From IMG/VR virus record IMGVR_UViG_3300021964_009400: a DNA stretch of 64,000 nt; one strand, 5' to 3'. This DNA is from a virus (lineage: Duplodnaviria; Caudoviricetes). The position numbers were made by a program, and so were the translations under genes. This document shows positions 1-8,062 of the stretch, piece by piece. The notes beneath the pieces are model-generated. The model did not search any database, was not told the DNA's origin, and worked only from the letters and a program-made list of their open reading frames with translations. How positions within the stretch are numbered: the first letter of the stretch is position 1; every line of letters begins with the position of its first letter.

Positions 1-1
1 T

Positions 2-2392
2 TCTATCTATGGAGATAAACTTACAAAGATTTACAAGTTTAAAAAAGATGATACAAACCTTTTTGAATCAGATGTACCAGAAACTACAAGAGCTTTAGTA
101 GATTTATATTCGGATTCCGATGAACCATCTACTGGTCATGTAATTCTCACATACGATATTGAGTGTGAAATGGAAAGTGGATTACCAGACCCACAAGAAG
201 CAAAAAATGAAATTACTTCTATTGCACTTCATGATTCAGCTACCAATCAATATTGGGTATTGGTTATGGATAAAGATAATATTCTTGAAGAAAAAACTAC
301 TGATAAATGTATTGTAATTCCTTTCAGAGATGAAAGAGATATGTTGATGAAATATTTGGAATTATATGAGTATATCAACCCTTCAATAGTGACGGGTTGG
401 AATATTGATTATTTCGATACACCAATGTTATATAACAGAATTAAAAGATTATTAGGACAAAGACAAGCAAATAGATTATCACCAATCGGACAGTGTTTCT
501 GGTCACCTTATAGAAAAAGATATTTTATGGCAGGTGTATCTTATTTGGATTATATAACATTGTATAAGAAATTTAACTATGGTGAACTTCCAAATTATCG
601 ATTAGATACAATAGGACAAATTGAATTAGGTAGAGGTAAGATTGAGTATCAAGGAAATCTTGACCAATTATTTAAAGAAGATATTGAAAAGTTTATTGAG
701 TACAACTTAGTAGATGTTGAGTTGGTAGTTGAATTTGATAAAAAACTTCAGTTCATTGATTTATGTAGAGGTATTACTCATGCGGGTCATGTACCTTATG
801 AAGATTTTGTTTATTCATCAAAATATCTCGAAGGTGCATTACTATCATTCCTTAGAAGAAAAAATTTAGTTGCACCAAATAAACCTGCTGATAGACAAGA
901 GAGAATGCAGGCGATTAGAGATAACAACGAAGAAAAGTTTATTGGGGCTTATGTAAAAGCACCAATCGTTGGAAAATATGATTGGGTATATGATTTAGAT
1001 TTAACTTCACTATATCCTTCAATCATTATGACTTTGAACATTTCACCAGAATCAAAGATTGGTAAGATTCAAGATTGGGATGCTAACAAGTTCGTTAAAG
1101 GTGAAGTTGATACTTATTATATCGGAGAGGATTCTATTTCAAAAGAAAACTTAAAAAAATACTTAGAACAATCAAAGTTTTCAGTTGCTTCTAATGGTGT
1201 TTTGTATAGAACTGATAAAGTTGGTTGTATACCTGATATTCTTAATCTTTGGTTTGACCAAAGAGTTGAGTTTAAAAATGAAATGAAAAAATATGGTAAA
1301 GCAGGTAATAAAGAAAAATATGCCTTTTACGCGAAAAGACAGTTGGTTCAAAAAATTCTACTCAACTCTCTTTATGGTGTTCTTGGTCTCCCTGCCTTTC
1401 GGTTCTATGATGTGGATAATGCGGAGGCAGTTACTACGACAGGTCAAACAGTTATTAAATCAACTGCGGATATGGGTAATATCAAATATAACAAAGAACT
1501 TAATACTCCTAATGCTGATTCTAACATTTATATTGATACTGATTCTGTATTCTTTTCCGCAGTTCCTTTGATGGACAAAAGAATCCCAAATTGGAAAGAA
1601 CAAGACCAAGATACAATTGCTGGTTATGTAAATGAGATTGCAGAAGAGATGCAAGATTACCTTAATGATTTCTACAATATACTTTCAAAAAAAGTTCTAA
1701 ATGTTGATAAAGATAAACATAGATTAGAGATTAAGAAAGAGTATGTTGCTAAAGCAGGATTGTGGATTGCAAAGAAAAGATATGCCCAATGGATTATTTC
1801 AGATAATGGTGTACCAGTAGATAAACTCGATGTAAAAGGTTTGGATGTTAAACGAAGTAGTTTCCCTAAGGCATTCCAAGAAATAATGGCAGATGTTCTT
1901 ATATCAATTCTAAGAGGACAATCGGAAGAAGAAATATCAGATAAAGTTTTGGCATTTAAAAAATCTATGATAAATCAAGATGTAGCTGTCATTGCAAAGA
2001 ATTCAGCAGTAAAAAATCTTAGAAAGTATATGCCAAAAGGTAAAAGAGAACGATTCTCTATAATGAAAGGAACACCTGCTCATGTTAAAGCTGCAATCCT
2101 TTACAATGATTGTTTACAACATTTTAATGCACCATTCAAATATGAACCAATGAAAAATGGTGATAAAGTAAAATGGGTTTACCTTAAAGATAATCCTCTT
2201 GGAATCGATGGATTAGCATTTACAGGTTATTCAGACCCACCAGAGATAGAAAAATTTATTCAAACTTATATTGACCACAATAAAATATTTGAAAGAGAAC
2301 TCAAACACAAACTACAAGATTTCTTCGATGCAATCGGTTGGGGAGATGTTGTGAGTGAACAAAGAACGGCTGAAAAGTTTTTTAGTTTTTAG
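2..2392 (+). CDS. Family B DNA polymerase (T4 gp43-like), 5' partial
   Basis: The frame is open from base 2, upstream of the track ATG at 170, and includes ExoI YDIECE. Also has ExoII GWNIDYFD, ExoIII YNLVDV, region II DLTSLYPS, region III KILLNSLYG and region I YIDTDS. Confidence 0.95.
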   Translation, partial: SIYGDKLTKIYKFKKDDTNLFESDVPETTRALVDLYSDSDEPSTGHVILTYDIECEMESGLPDPQEAKNEITSIALHDSATNQYWVLVMDKDNILEEKTTDKCIVIPFRDERDMLMKYLELYEYINPSIVTGWNIDYFDTPMLYNRIKRLLGQRQANRLSPIGQCFWSPYRKRYFMAGVSYLDYITLYKKFNYGELPNYRLDTIGQIELGRGKIEYQGNLDQLFKEDIEKFIEYNLVDVELVVEFDKKLQFIDLCRGITHAGHVPYEDFVYSSKYLEGALLSFLRRKNLVAPNKPADRQERMQAIRDNNEEKFIGAYVKAPIVGKYDWVYDLDLTSLYPSIIMTLNISPESKIGKIQDWDANKFVKGEVDTYYIGEDSISKENLKKYLEQSKFSVASNGVLYRTDKVGCIPDILNLWFDQRVEFKNEMKKYGKAGNKEKYAFYAKRQLVQKILLNSLYGVLGLPAFRFYDVDNAEAVTTTGQTVIKSTADMGNIKYNKELNTPNADSNIYIDTDSVFFSAVPLMDKRIPNWKEQDQDTIAGYVNEIAEEMQDYLNDFYNILSKKVLNVDKDKHRLEIKKEYVAKAGLWIAKKRYAQWIISDNGVPVDKLDVKGLDVKRSSFPKAFQEIMADVLISILRGQSEEEISDKVLAFKKSMINQDVAVIAKNSAVKNLRKYMPKGKRERFSIMKGTPAHVKAAILYNDCLQHFNAPFKYEPMKNGDKVKWVYLKDNPLGIDGLAFTGYSDPPEIEKFIQTYIDHNKIFERELKHKLQDFFDAIGWGDVVSEQRTAEKFFSF

Positions 2393-2395
2393 AAT

Positions 2396-3742
2396 ATGAG
2401 ATTATTATTAGGAGATTGTTTAGATAAACTGAAAGAACTTGATGACAATAGTGTAGATAGTATTGTTACAGACCCACCTTATGGTTTATCCTTTATGGGT
2501 AAGAAATGGGATTACGATGTTCCTTCACAAGAAATCTTTGAGGAATGTTTAAGAGTATTAAAACCTGGTGGATATCTACTTTCATTCGCAGGTTCAAGAA
2601 CTTATCACAGAATGGCAGTTAGAGTAGAAGATGCAGGGTTTGAAATACGAGACCAGATAATGTGGATATATGGTAGTGGGTTTCCAAAATCACTTAATAT
2701 AGGAAAAGCAGTAGATAAAAAGAATGGTGTTAAAGGGGATGTTATTGGTACACGAAAAGTTACATCATCCGATATTGGTCAAAAGAGTGGTTGGAATGAA
2801 CTTAACACAGACAGAGGTGATTATGAATATAGAGAAATAATGAATGAATACGCGGGTTGGGGAACTGCTCTTAAACCAGCACACGAACCAATCGTTATGG
2901 CAAGAAAACCACTTTCAGAAAAAACGATAGTTGATAATGTATTAGAATGGGGAACAGGTGGAATAAACATAGATGAGAGTAGAATATTGACTACTGATAA
3001 TCTTGGTGGAGGTGCAACAAATGGTTCAGTATTAGATATTGAAGGATTTGATAGACCGTGGATGCATGATGAAGAAAAGATGAAAGAGTTTGGTGAGAAA
3101 ATGAAACAAAAAGTAGAACACGCTCAAACTCTTGGTAGATTTCCTGCAAACATAATCTTTGATGAAGAAGCTGGTAAAATCTTGGATGAACAGAGTGGTA
3201 TATCCAAATCCACAGGTGGTAGAAGTGGAAACAAAGAAGGAGTTGGTCAAAATGGAATATATGGTCAATACAACGGAGAAGTAAGAGATGAAAATCCTGG
3301 TCTTGGTGATATAGGTGGAGCATCTCGTTTCTTTTATTGTCCTAAAACATCAAAGATAGATAGGAATGAAGGATTAGAAGGTTTTGAGGAAAAGAAATCT
3401 CGTAAATGGAGAGATGATAAAGGAATGAAACTCACGGGTAGTGGTAATCCAAGAAACGAAATGAGTAAAAACTTTCACCCAACGGTCAAACCAACTGATT
3501 TAATGCTCTATCTCATTAGATTAGTGACACCGAAAGGTGGAACAACCCTTGACCCTTTTATGGGTAGTGGTTCAACAGGAAAAGCAGCAGTAAGGGGTGG
3601 GTTTGATTTCATAGGAATAGAAAGAGAAAAAGAATATATGGAGATTGCAGAAGCAAGAATTCAGTATGAAATAGATAATCCTTACAATGAAGAAAAAGGA
3701 GAAAGAATAAAAATAAATAAAAATGCAAATAAATTTTGGTAA
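2396..3742 (+). CDS. DNA amino-methyltransferase (N6A/N4C, beta class)
   Basis: TDPPY near the N-terminus; HPTVKP and DPFMGSGSTG near the C-terminus. Confidence 0.9.
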   Translation: MRLLLGDCLDKLKELDDNSVDSIVTDPPYGLSFMGKKWDYDVPSQEIFEECLRVLKPGGYLLSFAGSRTYHRMAVRVEDAGFEIRDQIMWIYGSGFPKSLNIGKAVDKKNGVKGDVIGTRKVTSSDIGQKSGWNELNTDRGDYEYREIMNEYAGWGTALKPAHEPIVMARKPLSEKTIVDNVLEWGTGGINIDESRILTTDNLGGGATNGSVLDIEGFDRPWMHDEEKMKEFGEKMKQKVEHAQTLGRFPANIIFDEEAGKILDEQSGISKSTGGRSGNKEGVGQNGIYGQYNGEVRDENPGLGDIGGASRFFYCPKTSKIDRNEGLEGFEEKKSRKWRDDKGMKLTGSGNPRNEMSKNFHPTVKPTDLMLYLIRLVTPKGGTTLDPFMGSGSTGKAAVRGGFDFIGIEREKEYMEIAEARIQYEIDNPYNEEKGERIKINKNANKFW

Positions 3743-3745
3743 AAA

Positions 3746-3777
3746 TTTGGATATGTCAAAAATTATTCGTATATTTG
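3746..3777 (+). promoter_or_regulatory. Bacteroidetes primary-sigma promoter (-33/-7)
   Basis: TTTG-N20-TATATTTG upstream of the sliding clamp gene. Confidence 0.75.
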
Positions 3778-3808
3778 TACAACTATAAATTTTAATTAGA
3801 ATAATAAT

Positions 3809-4534
3809 ATGGAAAAACAATCATTAAATCGCTTCGTATCGAAGTACAATCTTGCAGGTTTAGTAGAATCTGTAAAATGGGAATCTAAGGAAGGTTCTCT
3901 TACAACATCATTCATTTCAGATGATAAATCTGTTTTGGGTAGTGTTACTATGAAAGAGTTTGATAATTCAGATGCAACTTTTGGTGTATATGATACTTCA
4001 AAACTTACAAAAATGTTATCAGTATTAGGAAATGATGTTGATTTCTCAATCAATGATATTGATGGTAAACCAGTATCTTTAAAATTCAAAGATGGTTCAA
4101 CATCGGTAAATTATATGTTAGCTGATTTATCAGTTATCCCTAATGTACCTGATTTAAAACAATTACCAGAGTTTGATACTGAAATTAAATTAGATTCAAA
4201 CTTTATAAACAAATTCATCAAAGCTAAAGGTGCTTTACAAGATGAAAACAATTTTACTTTTACTTGTGGTGATGGTGAGAAAGGAAGTGGACAAATTATC
4301 TTAGGATATTCTAATATCAATACAAATAGAATTAACATTGATGTTGATTGTACTTGTTCAAAAGATAAAGTAGAACCAATTTCTTTTTCAGCAACATATC
4401 TAAAAGAGATATTAGTTGCAAATAAAGAAGCAACAGATGCTACTTTGAAAATTTCATCTCAAGGATTGGCACACATTTCATTTTCAATAGATAATTACGA
4501 ATCAAATTATTATCTTGTTGAAATCCAAAGTTAA
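3809..4534 (+). CDS. Sliding clamp (T4 gp45-like)
   Basis: 241 aa; FGVYDTSKLTKMLS resembles the gp45 FGIYDL motif; lies beside PolB with clamp-loader genes nearby. Confidence 0.75.
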   Translation: MEKQSLNRFVSKYNLAGLVESVKWESKEGSLTTSFISDDKSVLGSVTMKEFDNSDATFGVYDTSKLTKMLSVLGNDVDFSINDIDGKPVSLKFKDGSTSVNYMLADLSVIPNVPDLKQLPEFDTEIKLDSNFINKFIKAKGALQDENNFTFTCGDGEKGSGQIILGYSNINTNRINIDVDCTCSKDKVEPISFSATYLKEILVANKEATDATLKISSQGLAHISFSIDNYESNYYLVEIQS

Positions 4535-4558
4535 AATAATTTTACAAAATCTAATTGT

Positions 4559-6208
4559 ATGAAAAAGTATTTTTACGAAGTAAGTAAATTTTCCGAATAT
4601 AAATCCAATAAAACTTATCATCAGTTACTTCAAATGACTGATGATGAGTTTACTGATTGGGCAAAGTTGATTCGTAAAGATGTCATAGATGCTTGGGATA
4701 ATCATGGACAACCTCCTGTTAAAGGAAAAGATGAAAATCAGATTATTAATCACTTTGGTAAATTAAAAAATCATGATTGTGATTTTTTTACTAAAGATGA
4801 TAGTGATGATGAATCGTTGGGTATTCTTAAAAACTTTAATAAAAGTCAAAGTGTGGTAAATCAATTTTTCCCCACAATGTTAAAAACAAGAATATCAGAT
4901 GGTGCATCTGCAGAAGGTGGATTATCTATTTATGATTATTTTGCTGAAGATAGTTTAGCAGAAGCTTTTGTAAAGGTAATGAAAAGAGCCGTTAAGAGAG
5001 ATTCTATGTATGCTTGGTGTCGTTCATTAACAACTATTAAAGATGATAATCCTTTTTGGAATGGTCAAACACCATATAAGTTTATCAAAGATGTTCATGA
5101 TGGTAAAATATTTAAAGGAAAATGGGAAAAATATGATATTGTACTTTCAAAAACAACAGAACCTTCAATTAGAAAATATGGTCCTCTAAATGAAAATAAA
5201 CAAACATATGGAGTAATATTATTTTTACATGCTAAACAAGTAAAAAGATTAGTAAAAGAAGGATATTTAAATAAAGGTCATATTTCAAATCTTGGAGATA
5301 TTGAAGATTCAAGAACACAAAAAAATGGTAAAGTAGTAAAATACCTTTATAATATTAGATGGTACAATACAACTGAAGGTATTTTTCCTAAAATTCTGCA
5401 AGCTTTTAGATTAGGATTAGGACAACCAGCAGTAAACTTTCCTGCATTAACTGCTAAGTGGATTTACGAAAAATATACTGACCATATAGAAGAAGATGAA
5501 TCATTACACATTTATGATTCATCAGCAGGGTGGGGTGGTAGAATTATTGGTGCTATGAGTAGTAGAAAGAAAACTCATTATATTGGTACAGACCCTAATC
5601 CAGATAACTTTATTGATGATTTGGGTATTTCTAGATATGAATATATGGCAGATTATTATAATAAAAACTGTGTAGATACTCATTCAGATAAATTAACAAG
5701 TTTCTTTGAAGTAGAAAATCAAGGAAACACTTATGAATTGTTTCAAGATGGTTCAGAGCTAATTCACAAAAATCCAAACTTTCAAAAGTATAAAGGTAAA
5801 TTAGATTTATTCTTTACATCACCACCATACTTTAATAGAGAACAATATTCTCAAGATGAAAATCAATCGTTTAAAGCATATTCTCAATATGATGATTGGA
5901 GAGAAAACTTTTTAAAGCCTACTCTTACAACAATTTATGATTATATGAAAAGTGATAGATATATTCTTTGGAATATTGCATCAATTAAAATTAATAAGAA
6001 TACTTACTTTGATTTAGAAGGAGATTCTATTAAAATTCTAAAAGACCTTGGTGCAGAATATAAAGGTAAACTAAAAATGACAATGGCAGCTATGATTGGT
6101 GCTAATGTAAATAAAAGAGAATCAATTGAAAGTGGTATTAAAAACATGGTTCAAGTTGGAAGTACATGGTACAAATATGAACCTATATTCGTATTTTATA
6201 AAAAATAA
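4559..6208 (+). CDS. Putative DNA methyltransferase (SPPY type, alpha order), paralog 1
   Basis: Motif I YDSSAGWGGR precedes catalytic FTSPPYF. Confidence 0.75.
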   Translation: MKKYFYEVSKFSEYKSNKTYHQLLQMTDDEFTDWAKLIRKDVIDAWDNHGQPPVKGKDENQIINHFGKLKNHDCDFFTKDDSDDESLGILKNFNKSQSVVNQFFPTMLKTRISDGASAEGGLSIYDYFAEDSLAEAFVKVMKRAVKRDSMYAWCRSLTTIKDDNPFWNGQTPYKFIKDVHDGKIFKGKWEKYDIVLSKTTEPSIRKYGPLNENKQTYGVILFLHAKQVKRLVKEGYLNKGHISNLGDIEDSRTQKNGKVVKYLYNIRWYNTTEGIFPKILQAFRLGLGQPAVNFPALTAKWIYEKYTDHIEEDESLHIYDSSAGWGGRIIGAMSSRKKTHYIGTDPNPDNFIDDLGISRYEYMADYYNKNCVDTHSDKLTSFFEVENQGNTYELFQDGSELIHKNPNFQKYKGKLDLFFTSPPYFNREQYSQDENQSFKAYSQYDDWRENFLKPTLTTIYDYMKSDRYILWNIASIKINKNTYFDLEGDSIKILKDLGAEYKGKLKMTMAAMIGANVNKRESIESGIKNMVQVGSTWYKYEPIFVFYKK

Positions 6209-7836
6209 TGAATTATTACTATCAAAGAAATAAGTTTATAAATTTTAAATCAAATATTCTTTTTCACGAATTACTTAATACTAATGATTTTGAATTTGAA
6301 GATTGGGCAAAAACTTTGCGTAAAGAAGTTACTGAACAATGGGATAGATTTGGAAATCCACCTGTTATAGGGAAAAATCATAGTGATATTATTTCATCAT
6401 TTAGTAAGTTAAAATCCAATGATTGTGATTTTCTTATTAAAGATAGTACAGATTCAGAATCTTTAGGTATTATCAAAAACTTCAATAAAGATGCAGCAGT
6501 TGTAAATCAGTTTTTTCCTACAATGTTAAAAACTAAAATATCAAGTGGTAAATCAGCTGAAGGAGGATTATCAATATATGATTATTTTGGTGACCCAACA
6601 ATGGAAGAACAATTTGTTAAGATTATGAAACGAGCAGTTAGACGAGATTCGATGTATGTTTGGTCTCGTTCACTTGTTAATAAGAAAACTGAAAATCCTT
6701 TTTGGAATGGACAGAGTGGATATGATTTTATCAAAGATGTTAAAGATGGAAAAGTATTTACAGGTAAATGGGAAAATTATGATATCTATTTAACTAAATC
6801 AAAGGATAGTACATTTGATAATTATGGAACATTCAATGATGATTATGTTGGATTTACAAACATATATCTTTCAGCAACTGAAGTAAATCAACTATTAGAT
6901 AAAGGTTACTTAAATTCAAGACAAGTTTCTAATATAGATAAAGTTGAAGATTCCTCAACTTCCAAAAGTGGTACCGTAACAAAGTATTCTTATATGGTTC
7001 GTTGGTATGATAAAACAGAAGGATTGTTTCCTAATATGTTGAGAGTAATACGATTGAGTTGTGGTCAAGCAGCAGTAAACTTCCCATCATTGACTGCAAA
7101 ATTTTTATATGAAAAATATACATCACATATTAAACAAGAAGAACCTTTGGTAGTTTATGATTCATCAGCAGGTTGGGGTGGTAGAATCATCGGAGCGATG
7201 AGTTCTCGTAAGAAAATTCATTATGTTGGTACAGACCCTAATCCTGATAACTATTTAAAAGAATTAAATAAATCTCGTTATGAATATGTAGCAGATTTTT
7301 ATAACAAAAATTGTATAGATAATCATTCAAATAAACTTACATCATTCTTTAATGTAGAAAAACAAGGTAATACTTATGAGTTATTCCAAGATGGTTCAGA
7401 GTTAATCTCAAATAATCCAAACTTTCAAAAGTATAAAGGTAAACTAGATATTGCATTTACTTCACCACCATACTTTAACAGAGAGCAATATTCACAAGAT
7501 GAGAAACAATCTTTTAAAGCTTATAGTGAGTATAAGGATTGGAGAGATAACTTCTTAAAACCTACTCTAACAACGATTTACGAGTATCTAAAGAATGATA
7601 GATATATCTTATGGAACATTGCCGATATAAAGATTGGAAAATCAATATATTATCCACTTGAACAAGATTCAATTGATATCTTAAATGGGTTAGGATGTGA
7701 ATACAAAGGTAAACTTAAAATGTTGATGACAAGGATGGTTGGGTTGGACCCATCTAAAAGTGGTATAAAGAACTCTGTCAAATATGGTGGGAAAGTATAT
7801 AAATTTGAACCAATATTTGTTTTTTATAAACCTTAA
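6208..7836 (+). CDS. Putative DNA methyltransferase (SPPY type, alpha order), paralog 2
   Basis: Same motifs as 4559..6208 and collinear with it; TAATG stop/start overlap. Confidence 0.75.
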   Translation: MNYYYQRNKFINFKSNILFHELLNTNDFEFEDWAKTLRKEVTEQWDRFGNPPVIGKNHSDIISSFSKLKSNDCDFLIKDSTDSESLGIIKNFNKDAAVVNQFFPTMLKTKISSGKSAEGGLSIYDYFGDPTMEEQFVKIMKRAVRRDSMYVWSRSLVNKKTENPFWNGQSGYDFIKDVKDGKVFTGKWENYDIYLTKSKDSTFDNYGTFNDDYVGFTNIYLSATEVNQLLDKGYLNSRQVSNIDKVEDSSTSKSGTVTKYSYMVRWYDKTEGLFPNMLRVIRLSCGQAAVNFPSLTAKFLYEKYTSHIKQEEPLVVYDSSAGWGGRIIGAMSSRKKIHYVGTDPNPDNYLKELNKSRYEYVADFYNKNCIDNHSNKLTSFFNVEKQGNTYELFQDGSELISNNPNFQKYKGKLDIAFTSPPYFNREQYSQDEKQSFKAYSEYKDWRDNFLKPTLTTIYEYLKNDRYILWNIADIKIGKSIYYPLEQDSIDILNGLGCEYKGKLKMLMTRMVGLDPSKSGIKNSVKYGGKVYKFEPIFVFYKP

Positions 7837-7837
7837 A

Positions 7838-7845
7838 TACTTATA
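7838..7845 (+). promoter_or_regulatory. Putative late promoter motif TACTTATA
   Basis: Member of the recurrent intergenic TA(T/C)TTATA motif; 5 nt before the ATG at 7851. Confidence 0.4.
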
Positions 7846-7850
7846 CAAAG

Positions 7851-7973
7851 ATGAGTGAAACTTATTATATAAATTTTACCAGTTACTATCAAAGTTCGTA
7901 CTTTACTGAAACAACAGTTACCGCTGATAGTATAACTTTTTACTCCCAAGATTTTAATGAAATTACAATATAA
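7851..7973 (+). CDS. 40-aa small ORF upstream of the TonB receptor (not in the ORF track)
   Basis: Hand translation MSETYYINFTSYYQSSYFTETTVTADSITFYSQDFNEITI; fills the gap after a TACTTATA motif. Confidence 0.45.
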   Translation: MSETYYINFTSYYQSSYFTETTVTADSITFYSQDFNEITI

Positions 7974-7990
7974 AAAATATTCAAAAGAAT

Positions 7991-8042
7991 TGAGATATGA
8001 GAATATCTCATGTGTTACTATAATCAGTTATAGTATTTTTTT
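7991..8042 (+). promoter_or_regulatory. Two adjacent 20-bp palindromes followed by a T7 tract
   Basis: TGAGATAT-gaga-ATATCTCA (7991-8010), TACTATAA-tcag-TTATAGTA (8016-8035), then TTTTTTT. Confidence 0.5.
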
Positions 8043-8062
8043 AATTTAAATTAATATAATTT

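Noticed and set aside
2396-7836. Restriction-modification system
   Set aside because: No restriction endonuclease was recognised next to the three methyltransferases.
7990-8024. Sigma70-type TTGAGA...TATAAT promoter for the TonB receptor
   Set aside because: The spacer is 23 nt, far from 16-18, and the host appears to be a Bacteroidetes.
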